Assembly (NCBI GenBank): GCA_964016885.1
Contig: OZ024760.1
Location: 3,038,001-3,102,000 of the forward strand
DNA from: Eledone cirrhosa
Lineage: Eukaryota
Length of the DNA: 64,000 nucleotides
Direction: 5' to 3'
Of this stretch, positions 25,076-36,517 are shown one piece after another. Made by a program: the position numbers and the translations under genes. The notes under the pieces are model-generated. The model was not told the origin of the DNA and searched no databases. It saw nothing but the letters and a program-made list of their open reading frames with translations. Every line of letters starts with the position of its first letter. Position 1 is the first letter of the stretch.

Positions 25076-25851
25076 GTGTGTCTGTGTTTGCACGTTTATA
25101 TTTATACACTCATACATATAAATGTATGCATATGCACATACACACACGCACACTCATATACACATATGCGTCAGCGTGTGGAAAATATATCCTAGTATTG
25201 TTTAAAATGCTGTCTTCACTCTGCAAATTTTGAATATAATATGTTTACTTATTTATTTTCATAAGAATTATTATTATTAAATGACTGATAAGCTTCAGAA
25301 AACCAAGTATAATGTGGTAAAAATATATAAAGGGCAAAAGGTGATAATTAACATAAAATAAAGTAATGTTTTACCCAGTTTTTTTCAACATGATATTTCA
25401 GGGTTATTACCCTTTTATCAAATATGAAACAAAAATGGTGCAAATTTAACAGCTTTTCTATGACTGATATGTATTTCAGAAAGCCAAGTACAATGTGGTA
25501 GAAATATATAAAGGGCAAAGGATGATAAATAAAATAAAACAAAACAAAATATGATGAGTTGTGGTGCACCTGAGCACTGTACACAATAATTTCATTATTA
25601 TTATTATTATTATTACAGCTGCATTTATCTTGCTTTATGTTCATACGAGTTATCACCAAGTCACAACCAGTGACCTCAAGAGACAACAAGGTCCACCATG
25701 TTCAAGAAAGAACATACATACTCACACATGCATCTTTAGTGTTTAGACTTGTGATGTACTTATATTGACAGAATCTTCCTTAGTATATGGGCAGTTCCCA
25801 TTAGTACTATCTTTTGTATTTCTCCTATACGCGGGTTTCCTGGGATTTGCG

Positions 25852-28800
25852 TATTATTATTATTATTATTGTTATTGTTATTCCTTGAATCTCAGTCATT
25901 GATGTTGGTTAACTGGAAAGTCCGTTGGATTGAATATCAAGCCACTACCTGCAGCCTCAGATATTCAGGACGTATCGGAGGGTTCTTGCCGTTCCAAGCA
26001 AGCATGCCTTTTGAAGCGTTCCAAAAAGCGTGAAGGGGCCGATTTTCTTTAACCATCCCTGGAAACCTTTGGAGATAGTCCCCAGTGCGCCTATGACAAT
26101 CGGGATCACTTTGACTTCATGGCAGTTCCAAATCCTTTTCACCTCCCACTTTAGGTCCTGGTATCGGTTAATTTTCTCCCTCTCCTTCTCTTGCACTCTC
26201 GTGTCGAACGGGCAGGCCACATCCACAATCAGGCACGATCTTTTTTCTTTGTCCACAACCACCAGGTCAGGTCTATTGTGTTCCAGTTTTTTGTCCGTCT
26301 GTATCCTAAAATCCCACAGCACCTTCACCTGACTGTTCTCCATCACCGCCTCTGGCCTATGCTCATACCATTTCTCAGAGTGTGGTAGATTGTTTACTTT
26401 GCACAGGTGCCAGTGGATCACCCTGCCCATCACATCGTGTCTCCAGCCCTTATAGTGGGTCTGGGCTAGGTGTTTACACTCGGACACAATGTGAGCCACA
26501 GTCTCCTCTCTCTCTCCACAGATCCTGCACAGTGGGCTAGCCTCCTCCTTGTAGATATGGTGCTTCAACCACTTCGTTTTGAGGGCCTGCTCCTGCGCAG
26601 CCATTAGCATTCCTTCTGTAGCCTTTTTGAGGTCTCCTCTTCTCAACCAGTTCCATGTCTGTGGATCTCTAAATTCAGTTTTCTCAAAGAAGGTACTATG
26701 AAGGGATTTTCCCTTAAGGCTGCTCTTCCTCCTTGATGTTATTTCCTCCTTGGGTATCCCCTGGCCTACTGTCCCCTCCTTCAGTACAGCTCTGAGCATT
26801 GGCTCCTTACTATAGGTCACGTATTTGTATAGGTTGTTTTTCTCCATCTGAACACAGTCCTCTATGCTGATAAGACCTCTTCCACCCTCAGATCTCCTTA
26901 GGTAGAGTCTATCGACATCACTCCTCTTGTGGAACATGTTGTAGATAGTCAATAGCTTCCTAGTCTTCCTATCCATTTCTTTTTGTTCAGCAACATTCCA
27001 TCTCAGAATTCCCGCACTGTACCTAATAATAGACACAGCTCGGGAATTTACTGCGCTTATGGCATTTCTGCTGTTCAGATGTGACTTCAATACGCTCCTT
27101 ACTCTCCGAATGTATTCAGTTCTTAACAATTCCTTCATTTTTTTGTTCTTTATGCCATCAGCCTCCAGAACGCCCAAATACTTGTATCCTTCCTCAGAGT
27201 CAATTTCCTTTATCATCTCACCTGTTGGTATCTGGATCCCGTTACTTCTGCTCAACCTACCCCTCCTCATCACAATGACTCCACATTTACCAATACCAAA
27301 CTGCATACATATATCACTGCTGAAAATACGGACAGTGTCAACAAGCACATCCAACTCCTTCTCACTTTTCCCGAAGAGCTTAAGATCGTCCATGAAGAGG
27401 AGGTGATTGATGGTAAGCTCTCCCCTTCCCAACTTGTATCCTGCTCTCACTTTTCGCAGCATAATGGTCAAGGGCATCAGGGCAAGGACAAACAACAGAG
27501 GGGACAGGCTATCTCCCTGGAAGATACCTCTCTTGATCTTCACGCTTCCCAAGGATACTCCAGTTGATGTCAACTCTGTCTCCCAGGACCCCATACTCCT
27601 GCCCAGCAACTGTCTGATGTTATCTGCCACCCTGAAGATCTCCAGGCTTTTGGTGATCCAGGAATGAGGCACCATGTCAAATGCCTTTCTGTAGTCTATC
27701 CATCCCATGGCAAGATCAGTGTGTCTCCTCCTGCAATTCCCCATTACCATCTTATCAATAAGCAACTGGTCCTTTGTACCACGTGACTTCTTTCGGCATC
27801 CTTTCTGTTCGTCCGGCAACAAGTTGTTTGTGTGGAGGTGATGGTAGATTTCCTCAGACACAATGCTCGTCAACAGTTTCCACATTACGGGCAGACATGT
27901 GATAGGTCTATAGTTGGTAACATCATTACCCTTGATTCGGTCTTTCATTATCAGAACTGTGGTACCTTTTGTCAACCACTCTGGCACCTCACCCGACACC
28001 AAGCAGTCATTGAACATGGCCGTCAGCTTCGGGTGGAGGGATGTTAAATGTTTAATCCAATACCCCTGCACACCATCTGGGCCTGGTGATTTCCAGTTGG
28101 TTAGCTTTTTGGCTTGCCCCTTAAGAGTTTCAACTGTGATACTCAAATAAGTCTGTTGCTGTGCCTGCTCACCGATCTCCCTCTGTACTGTCTCAATCCA
28201 CCCTGCCTGGGCATTGTGTCTAACATCCTCATCCCATATTCCTCTCCAGAATGTTTTAGCTTGTTCCCCCCCAGGGATCAAGTCGGTGCCTCTTTCTTTC
28301 CCCTCAAGCTGTCCAAACAGCATCTTCTGGTTGTTGTCGAACATGCGGTTCTGTTTATACTGACTGACTCTGTTCTCGTATCGCCTGATTTTGGCACTCT
28401 TTGCTACAATGCGTTGCTTCAATTCCTCTATGATAATATTTAGCTTTTTACTCCTAGTTTTGTATTTTATTTCCAGTCTATTTTTAGTGCCTATGTTTTT
28501 TAGTGTCCCATTCAGTAGTGACTCAAGCTTTCCTATGTCATTTCTCATTTCCCCGATTTGCCCACTCAGTCGCTTCTTCCACCACGGCTCTGCTCTTTCT
28601 TGTCTGTTGTTTCCTCTCGCTTTTATACCAAGTAGTTTCCTCACCGTATTTGCTGTTGCTTTGAGGATATTGTTGCACTGGTGAAGACTCCTCGCCTCAA
28701 GGTATGGGATGACTTTGTTTACCTTAGCTGTTGTTTCTTTTAACTTTTTCCTGTCTACAAATCTTAGGTTCATAGGTCTCCCACTATCATTGTTCAACTC

Positions 28801-30413
28801 ATCTACCACTAAATTTAGGATGTCAACCGAATCTTGTCCTAGCCCGTCAGCATTCATCTCCTCAGTGGCCGTATCTCTGTTCCAGGTATTATTTATCTCA
28901 GTATTCAGATCATTGTCTGCTTCGGGTGGTTCCTCCGCTCTCAGGACCTCCTCACCTTCATTTCCCGCCGGCTCGCTTGTCTGGCATACTACACCCGCCA
29001 TCTCCAAGCCATTCTCTCTGCTCAGTTCCTCCAGTTCCAGCTCGCTTATCCACCCATTAGTTCTTATTACCCGAGCCTGCCCGGCCAATTTTTGTTCATC
29101 TAATTTAAATAAACCAATCTCGTTCCAGATGTTATGCATCCGTCTCCTGTAGCCCCTCTCCTTGGGGTTACTTTTCAGGTAGCATTGCATAACAGTTCTA
29201 TTCAATTCTTTCGTCCAGTTGGTTCTGGCCCCTTTCCTTCTTCTTCTTCCTCCAACATCAGCAGTATTTCGTTGACAGTCAGGTTCCTGCTGCTGAGCCA
29301 GGGGGCACCTGTTGGGTGAGAGTCTGTCACATGATGTTCTAGTCTCCATTTCACCGTTATTCGAACTGTTTATGTTCGATATTTAAACACTCTTATCGAG
29401 GATTGGCGAATGTATGTTTACATAGCCATCTGTGGATCCGCCATCCCACTTGGCCCTTGTGTGGCATTATCACCACGCTGTATACGGACACACATAAACA
29501 AACAAACACACGGGCAGAAAGGGCCCCAAAAATGAATAAGCATAAGTTTCATTGTAATGTAGTATTCGAATGTCTGACTTAGTTTTTGTTTTTTAAGTTT
29601 TACTTTTTCCCCCCTCTTCTCTGTCCGTCCGCCTGCTTCTCTCTTCATTCTTATTTTCTTTACGTTTTTGGGGTTTCTTTTTTTGTTTTTGTTTTTCTCT
29701 GTTTTTCTCGTTTTTTACTGTTGTTGCTGTGCTGCTTTTGTTGTTTGTTTTTTCTTTTTTCTTTTGAGTCTATCTATATATTTTGATGCCTTCCTCTTTG
29801 TTAGTAGTAGGAATTCTATAATGTGGAAGTGGTAGCCAGCAGAGACTAGCGGCGTTGGCGATACTGAGACAGTGGTGGCGGTGATGTCGATACCGAGGCA
29901 GTGGTGGCGGTGATGCGACCGTATTACTGTAGTGATGGTGCTGTAGCGGTGGCAGCAGCAGTGAAGGAGTCAGGGGGTGGTGGCGGCGGTGATGGGATAG
30001 TGGTGGTAATGATGGCCGTAGTGAGCGGTGGCGGTGAAGGTGAAAATGCTGTTGTGTTTAGTGTACACAGATGATGGGGTGGGTGGTGTATCTAGTTTCT
30101 GGTGTTGGTGAGTTTCGCTGTCCTATATAGTGTAGCCAGAGGAGAGGAGGGGGGGGGTTCTTCTTCTTCCATTTATAGCCATTTTATTTTTTTTTTTTTT
30201 TTTGGATATACAGTGTACAATACAAAGTTGAATATTTGAATATTTGAGCCTTATAACAATATATTTTGGGTCCGAATTTTTTGGGGCTCAAGCCGGGTGC
30301 TTTACGTAGCATTTGTACTAAGAGTTGTTATTTCACAAATGATTTAAATATGTTAAAAATTCAAAACTTACGGGAGCGATTTCATGACCTCCGTCACCTC
30401 GTGCGTCTTCCTC

Positions 30414-30447
<34 letters not shown>
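25852..30447 (-). mobile_element. Full-length R4/Dong-like non-LTR retrotransposon, copy 1, flanked by (TTA)n
   Basis: Single 1130-aa ORF (RT + restriction-like endonuclease), about 1.05 kb 5' UTR, short 3' UTR, (TAA)n at both ends; near-identical to 44745-49337. Confidence 0.92.
25957..29349 (-). CDS. R4/Dong-like ORF: reverse transcriptase + CCHC zinc knuckle + restriction-like endonuclease
   Basis: KSPGPDG, NYRPITCL, IDYRKAFD, RGIFQGDSLSPLLF, FMDD, YKYLG; CRICGEREETVAHIVSEC; RHD; RPDLVVVD...IVDVACP...EKINRY. Confidence 0.95.
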   Translation of the reverse strand: METRTSCDRLSPNRCPLAQQQEPDCQRNTADVGGRRRRKGARTNWTKELNRTVMQCYLKSNPKERGYRRRMHNIWNEIGLFKLDEQKLAGQARVIRTNGWISELELEELSRENGLEMAGVVCQTSEPAGNEGEEVLRAEEPPEADNDLNTEINNTWNRDTATEEMNADGLGQDSVDILNLVVDELNNDSGRPMNLRFVDRKKLKETTAKVNKVIPYLEARSLHQCNNILKATANTVRKLLGIKARGNNRQERAEPWWKKRLSGQIGEMRNDIGKLESLLNGTLKNIGTKNRLEIKYKTRSKKLNIIIEELKQRIVAKSAKIRRYENRVSQYKQNRMFDNNQKMLFGQLEGKERGTDLIPGGEQAKTFWRGIWDEDVRHNAQAGWIETVQREIGEQAQQQTYLSITVETLKGQAKKLTNWKSPGPDGVQGYWIKHLTSLHPKLTAMFNDCLVSGEVPEWLTKGTTVLIMKDRIKGNDVTNYRPITCLPVMWKLLTSIVSEEIYHHLHTNNLLPDEQKGCRKKSRGTKDQLLIDKMVMGNCRRRHTDLAMGWIDYRKAFDMVPHSWITKSLEIFRVADNIRQLLGRSMGSWETELTSTGVSLGSVKIKRGIFQGDSLSPLLFVLALMPLTIMLRKVRAGYKLGRGELTINHLLFMDDLKLFGKSEKELDVLVDTVRIFSSDICMQFGIGKCGVIVMRRGRLSRSNGIQIPTGEMIKEIDSEEGYKYLGVLEADGIKNKKMKELLRTEYIRRVRSVLKSHLNSRNAISAVNSRAVSIIRYSAGILRWNVAEQKEMDRKTRKLLTIYNMFHKRSDVDRLYLRRSEGGRGLISIEDCVQMEKNNLYKYVTYSKEPMLRAVLKEGTVGQGIPKEEITSRRKSSLKGKSLHSTFFEKTEFRDPQTWNWLRRGDLKKATEGMLMAAQEQALKTKWLKHHIYKEEASPLCRICGEREETVAHIVSECKHLAQTHYKGWRHDVMGRVIHWHLCKVNNLPHSEKWYEHRPEAVMENSQVKVLWDFRIQTDKKLEHNRPDLVVVDKEKRSCLIVDVACPFDTRVQEKEREKINRYQDLKWEVKRIWNCHEVKVIPIVIGALGTISKGFQGWLKKIGPFTLFGTLQKACLLGTARTLRYVLNI

Positions 30448-30494
30448 TTAAAAAGTAATGTTTTACCCAGTATACTTCAACATGATATTTCAGG

Positions 30495-30677
30495 AAATCC
30501 AGACGGCACCTGTCAGACAGTTAAAAACGTCTGAGCAGATTTGTGAGGCTTTTACATCCTCCTCCCCTATCTGCTAATCCCACACAGTCCCAGCATGCAT
30601 TTAAGATCCTGTTCCAGTCACCCATTATCACTAAAGAGCAGGATGTTCCTAGGAAGGTCTCTAGTCACTGGAAGAAG
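30495..30677 (-). mobile_element. Isolated APE-endonuclease fragment of a Tx1/L1-type LINE
   Basis: Minus strand reads SLVIMGDWNRILNACWDCVG...LTNLLRRF*LSDRCRLD (GDxN motif); flanked by TCAGG on both sides. Confidence 0.6.
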
Positions 30678-30770
30678 TCAGGGTTATTACCCTCTTTTCA
30701 AATATAAAAGCAAAAATGGTGCAAATTTAACAGCTTTTCTATGACTATGTATTTCAGAAAGCCAAGTACA

Positions 30771-31229
30771 TCATCATCATCATCATCATCATCAACGTTT
30801 AACGTCCGTGTTCCACGCTTGCATGGGTTTGGACGGGGGTAGTCCCACTTGAGGCAAGAGTGATTGGGGGGGGGGGGGTATTTTGTTAGAGATGCCTACT
30901 GGCTGTAGTAGGTTTTACTATGTATTTAGGTAAGGCGGGTCTTCTCTGTTACTGAGTACCGCCAAAGGTCTCGGTCCAGTGACATTGTCTTGGAGAGGTG
31001 TAAGTGTGTGAGGTCGGAGTTTATCAGCTCGTCCCAGGTTTTTCTAGGTCTGCCTATTCCGTGGCTACCGTCTATCTTTATTGCCCTGCACTTTGTTATA
31101 CAGCTGTCGACTTTCATGCGCATCACGTGACCGTACCAACGTAGCCTTCTCTCGAGTAAACAACATCTGATCCCTCTTATTTCTAATTTTTTCCTTAGTT
31201 CGTTTATGCTTTGCCGTTCACGTATATTA
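30771..31229 (-). mobile_element. RTE family A 3' fragment (internally deleted 3' UTR)
   Basis: Encodes RMKVDSCITKCRAIKIDGSHGIGRPRKTW...TRLT; tail identical to other A copies. Confidence 0.88.
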
Positions 31230-31357
31230 CATGTAGTAAAAATATATAAAGGGCAAAAGATTACAAATAAAACAAAAAGTAATGTTTTACCCAGTATATT
31301 TCAACAATATTGATGCTAATTATGATGATGATGATGGTTATTTCAATGTCTTTACAG

Positions 31358-31472
31358 TCCTGTTGATTACATTAAAGGAATAAACATGATTCTAAGTGAC
31401 CTCAGCCTTCCTCCAGAAGATCGGCCAAATTTTATCGCAGCCTATTTGAAGACCCCTGACATCAAGCTACAT
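31358..31472 (+). CDS. ENPP: ENPP exon 10 (PDE): SPVDYIKGINMILSDLSLPPEDRPNFIAAYLKTPDIKLH
   Basis: tttacAG acceptor, CAT|GTGAGT donor; 'LxLP..DRPxF...Y...PDxxxH' motif. Confidence 0.9.
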
Positions 31473-32092
31473 GTGAGTTCCTCTATTTCATTCTTCATTC
31501 TGTCATTCTTTTAATCTGCTATTGTGTATATATATGTGTATATATATATATGTGCATATATATATGTATATATTGGGTCGTCAAGTATGAAATTTGTAGT
31601 GAGGCTTATGGTCATATGTTTTTTCTACAAATTTCATACTTGACGACCCAATATGTATGTGTATGTATATATATGAATGAATGTGTGTATATATATATAT
31701 CTTTGTGTATGTAGGTATGTATGTACGTAAATTTGGTATGTGTGTATGTATGTATGTACATTGGTATTTGTGTATGTATGTATGTAAATTGGTGTATATT
31801 ATGTGTATATTTATGTATGTACATAGATATATGTGTGTATGTATTTATGTATGTACATAGGTGTGCGTGTGTATGTATGCATGTATGTGTGTCTGTATGT
31901 ATATGTACGTACATAGGTATGTGTGTATATATATATATGTATGTCTATGCATGTATATATGATTACCTCCCCTCCCCCCTCCCGTCCACCATTGCTGTTA
32001 AGACTAATTGCCTTTGGTTTCCTAGCTATTTGATTGGTAGAGCTATACATGTTGATATTTTTGGTGTATATATCTTTTGCTCATCAATATAG

Positions 32093-32201
32093 ATTGAAGA
32101 CCAGCTAAACCTGATTGATAACGCAGTTGACCAATTGATGAATGGCATCAAAGAGCGCCATCTACAGAACTGTATCAACTTAGTTATTGTATCTGATCAT
32201 G
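32093..32201 (+). CDS. ENPP: ENPP exon 11 (PDE): IEDQLNLIDNAVDQLMNGIKERHLQNCINLVIVSDHG
   Basis: atAG acceptor, G|GTAAGT donor; LMxGxK...C.N....SDHG motif. Confidence 0.95.
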
Positions 32202-32258
32202 GTAAGTAACTGCTCTTTTTTCTGTGTAGATGGTGCTGTACTAATACACATGTTACAT

Positions 32259-32327
<69 letters not shown>

Positions 32328-32407
32328 TATTCCGGGTTGAATCGGAGGTAACCACAGTAAGTAAGCTACTCAATACATTGCAGAGTATAAAGGTTTTAAT
32401 ATAGATG

Positions 32408-32458
32408 AGATTCTACAGGACTAGAACTGTTTCATTCTTTAGAAATCATCAGGAATCT
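32408..32458 (-). ncRNA. Type I hammerhead ribozyme
   Basis: Reverse complement of the 10390-10440 motif. Confidence 0.8.
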
Positions 32459-33041
32459 GGGTATCAAAAAATAAATATGGTATTTATAGGTCTCTACAAG
32501 TGGTAGGAGAGGGTGGGGAGTGGGATGGGTGTAGGTCATTGGTTGATAGAAAAGGGAATTCATTAAAAGCTAATTCTACAAAGCTATAGTTTATTTTTAT
32601 TTTTATTAATTTTTGTTTTTAGAGTAACAAAGGCAGACAGAATTCTATAAACAGGTTCCGGATGGCATACCATTCCTTGTCATTAAGTTTCTCTTAAGCT
32701 AACAGATGTCTATAAGATCAGTGGGGGGTCAGTCATGGTAGATAGAATTAAAGGAAAGGGAGATTCTTTAAAAGCTAAATTCATTAAGGTTCTACTAAGT
32801 GACAAAGGTTTAGAGAATTCTGTAGACAGATTCAAAATACTGAGTGCATATCTTACAATTATCTTCGAACTTCTCTTAAACTAATCAACTATATGCCAAA
32901 AATCAACAGACACATTCACAAAAAAACACACTCACTCACACACTCACGCGCAACCATAAACACACATACACATACACACATACACATATACACACATAAA
33001 AACACACACACATATATAAATATATCTATATATATATACAT

Positions 33042-33118
<77 letters not shown>

Positions 33119-33405
33119 CACACATACATATATATACACACACACACACACACATATATACACATATATATACACTCACACACATACATACATACACACA
33201 ACTATACATGTGTATACATATACATATATATACACATACATATATACATATACACATATATATATATATATATATATATAATACATACATATACACACAT
33301 ATATATATATATACATAAACAAATATATACATATACATACACACACACACATACATACATATATATACACACACACACATATACACATATATAAGGAAAA
33401 AGCAC

Positions 33406-33503
<98 letters not shown>

Positions 33504-33757
33504 CACCATTCATACATATATTCATATATATATATATATATATATATATGTAGGAGGTGAGTTTTATTGTAGTACAATAAAGCAATGCAGATATCGGATA
33601 AGAAGCACTCTACAGTTTGTAGGACTGGAGTATACATAATATAAGATCAAAAGATGGTTAAAGGAGTTCCATGTATTTTATTATGCGCATTTCAATATGT
33701 TGATTTAAAACTGCACTATCCACAAGTGTTTTTTAGCCTTCATATCATGTTCTCCTG

Positions 33758-33824
33758 TTTTATCTGATGAAAACACAAATATTATTGCATGATGATGTTT
33801 GTTTTTGAAATGCGCATAATAAAA
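33758..33824 (+). ncRNA. Minimal type I hammerhead with palindromic stem III
   Basis: TTTTAT-CTGATGA-(aaacacaaat...tgtttgttttt, imperfect stem II)-GAAA-TGCGCA-TA-ATAAAA; ATGCGCAT palindrome replaces stem III, as in dimeric Penelope hammerheads. Confidence 0.75.
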
Positions 33825-34104
33825 TACATGGAACTCCTTTAACCATCTTTTGATCTTATATTATATATATATATATATATACACACATACACACACATAC
33901 ATACATACATACACAAATACATACACATATATACACACATATATATATATATATATATATACATATATATACACATATATACATATACACACACACACAC
34001 ACATACATACACACATACACACATACATACATACATATACAAATATATATACATATATACATATACATATATATATATATATATATAAATATATATATAT
34101 ATAG

Positions 34105-36480
34105 TTTAGCGAGGTTTTTTATATGAAATCGTGTGTCGAAACAGATATTGTTATATTTGGGGAGGGTCATATTTGCGTAATATTGCCAGAATTAACAACA
34201 GAACACACTCACTGTTTGGTTGGTTTTCGCTTCTCGCTGTCTTTTATATCTGCGATCTAACTTACTCGGTCCTCAATGTTGCCATTGACTGACCGGCTGT
34301 CAAAAATAATACAGATACAATATAGACACAAACACATATATATAGTTTACATAATTTACATAAATCTTTCGTTGCACATCTGCAACATCGTCAGTGGTGT
34401 TATATTCATTGTTCCTCCTGTTGTGTTGTATGTCTACGCCATTTTTTATTCAGTCTGTCTATATATTTATTTATTTATTTGCTTGTTTGTTTATCTTATT
34501 TTATTTTATTTTATTTACTTATTTATACTTCTCTTAGGTCAGTGTTGTTTGTTTCGGTGTTGTTGTTCCACTCATTCTTTCTGTTTAGCTTTGGTCTTCT
34601 AATTTCTATTTCACTGGCCTCTCTGATTTGCCTATCTGCTGGGTCATTCCTATGTTTAGATATTATTCTAATTTCTATGTTGTCTATGTTACCGTCATGT
34701 TGTTGTCTAGCATGTTCGTATAGTACTGACCCGTTTTTTCGTCCTTTTAGTTCCCCCCAGTGTTGGTCTATCCTTTCACCTATGCTACGAGCTGTCTCAC
34801 CTATGTATGTTGTTGTCATGTTTCTGCAAGTACCCTCTGTACATCTTATGCTATAGACTACGTTTCTAGTTTTACAGTTTATCCGGGGGTTCACCTTACA
34901 TATGATACATTTCCTATTGGTACAGTGGGTTTTCTTAAAAGGGTAGGTTTTGCTGATCAGGGATTTTATGGTGGTTCCTGGCTTTTCTACCACCTTTATT
35001 TTTAAGTGGGTCTTTCTCAGGGCCTTTCTACACTGGTTAGCTAATTTCCCTCCAGGGGTGGCGTCCACAAACATGACACTCTGATATCTCTGGTTGTCGT
35101 ACCATGATGTGGCCTTCCCTATCTTATGTCTAGCCCTATCTAAGCTATTCCATGATTTGCTCCTGTATAGTGGGCAAATTCCTTTCATGTCCAGTTCTAT
35201 GAGGGTCTTATACTTTTCCATGGCTCCTTCGTATACTCTGACTCTGTCTCTTTGGTTGTAGCCAGAGAACTGCATGCGGTTGATGAAGTGTTGGATGTGT
35301 CCTTCCATTTCTGTTGGGTCGCACATGCTGGACACATTCTTCATCACTCGTACCAAATCTGCGATCAGAATATTAAACTTAGCACTACTGGACATTGCTG
35401 AGTTTTTGAGTATCAGGTATTTGGAGGCCATGGGTTTAGCATAGTGTGAGTGGAGAATTTGGGCTCTCTCGTCTATAGTGTTAATCCAGAGTTCTGTGTC
35501 TAATACAGGTAGTCTATTGTTAGGGTGTTTGGAAGGGAAGTCGATAGTTACAGTTATACTCTGGTGTATGGAATTAGCTATCTGCTGGATGCTTTCCATC
35601 GTGCTACGTTCTAAATCAAACTTGTTAGTGCTCTCTAGTGGGGGTGTTCTTATAACTATATTGATATCGTCTACATAACAAGAGTACATGATGAGGTCTA
35701 TGGAGCTTTCATTAAGGAGATCTTTAAGTCTCCTTTCCCACCATACCATGAAAAGGTTGGCAACATCACCAGCTATGCTGACGCCGATGGCTGCTCCCTC
35801 ATTTTGGGTGTAGATTTTCTCATTGAACTTAAATATGTGGCCCTTTAGGGTAGTTTTGATACTAGCCCCTATTGCATGTGCGACCATTTTTCTTACCTGA
35901 TCAGTGTTTTGGGGGGTCCGTATAGCTTTGGTCCACCCAATCCACCTTCCTATGGGAGTCTTTTTAGCCATTGAGGTTATGGTGGGGGGTCTACCTCTTA
36001 TAGGTCTACTAGGGCAGAAACATCTAAGGTCATGGCTGTCTAGGTAGTCAGTGTCGTAGGTAAGTCTAAGTAGGAGGCCCAGTTTGTCTGTGTCGACGTC
36101 GCAGAACTCCACCTCACTCTCAATGATCATCTCCACACATCTTTTCACAGCAAAATCAATGTTAATGGATGAGTACAGTGACACCACATCCATGCTGCCT
36201 ATTATGCAGTTGGATAGGCTCCTGTTTTTGTTGCACTCACTGATTCTGCTGAGGAGGTCCTCTGTACTTTCACATACATCTGGGGACATCTTGATTATGG
36301 GGCGTATAACCATTGAGAGGAAGTAGGAGATCCTGTAGTTGCTAGCTATATTAGCTCCGCATACGGGTCTTGTTGGTGGTCCTGTTGTCGGGTCGTCGAC
36401 TGTCTTGTGGTCTTTGCGGAGCCCATACAAGGGTGGTATGCCATTGTTAGACACCTGGAAGTTGTTGGCAGTGCGTCTGC
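34105..36480 (-). mobile_element. Penelope-like element, 5'-truncated, with 3' pLTR-like segment
   Basis: ORF with PLE RT and GIY-YIG domains; downstream segment 34105-34450 carries a hammerhead core and recurs at 7740-8290. Confidence 0.88.
34367..34394 (-). ncRNA. Partial hammerhead core downstream of the Penelope ORF
   Basis: Minus strand CTGACGA-tGTTGCA gatg TGCAAC-GAAA, about 130 nt after the PLE stop codon. Confidence 0.58.
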
Positions 36481-36517
36481 TTGGCTTTATTTTCATATTT
36501 ATCAAAAATCTTTTCAT
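34523..36517 (-). CDS. Penelope-like RT + GIY-YIG endonuclease (Cys-rich linker, Neptune-like)
   Basis: LYGLRKDHK, RPVCGA, SMDVVSLY, GAAIG..IA..VANLFM, YVDD, LPVLD; linker CTNRKCIIC; NVVYSIRC...YIGETAR....R...H, REA, LN. First ~12 codons come from an adjacent tandem repeat. Confidence 0.9.
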   Translation of the reverse strand: MKRFLINMKIKPSRRTANNFQVSNNGIPPLYGLRKDHKTVDDPTTGPPTRPVCGANIASNYRISYFLSMVIRPIIKMSPDVCESTEDLLSRISECNKNRSLSNCIIGSMDVVSLYSSINIDFAVKRCVEMIIESEVEFCDVDTDKLGLLLRLTYDTDYLDSHDLRCFCPSRPIRGRPPTITSMAKKTPIGRWIGWTKAIRTPQNTDQVRKMVAHAIGASIKTTLKGHIFKFNEKIYTQNEGAAIGVSIAGDVANLFMVWWERRLKDLLNESSIDLIMYSCYVDDINIVIRTPPLESTNKFDLERSTMESIQQIANSIHQSITVTIDFPSKHPNNRLPVLDTELWINTIDERAQILHSHYAKPMASKYLILKNSAMSSSAKFNILIADLVRVMKNVSSMCDPTEMEGHIQHFINRMQFSGYNQRDRVRVYEGAMEKYKTLIELDMKGICPLYRSKSWNSLDRARHKIGKATSWYDNQRYQSVMFVDATPGGKLANQCRKALRKTHLKIKVVEKPGTTIKSLISKTYPFKKTHCTNRKCIICKVNPRINCKTRNVVYSIRCTEGTCRNMTTTYIGETARSIGERIDQHWGELKGRKNGSVLYEHARQQHDGNIDNIEIRIISKHRNDPADRQIREASEIEIRRPKLNRKNEWNNNTETNNTDLREV

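Noticed and set aside
26030-29319. Many + strand ORFs overlapping the Dong-like ORF (and at 44929-48218)
   Set aside because: Antisense shadows of the RT ORF; duplicated only because the element is duplicated.
29418-29648. 76-aa upstream ORF in both Dong-like 5' UTRs
   Set aside because: Identity is explained by the youth of the copies; no recognisable motif.
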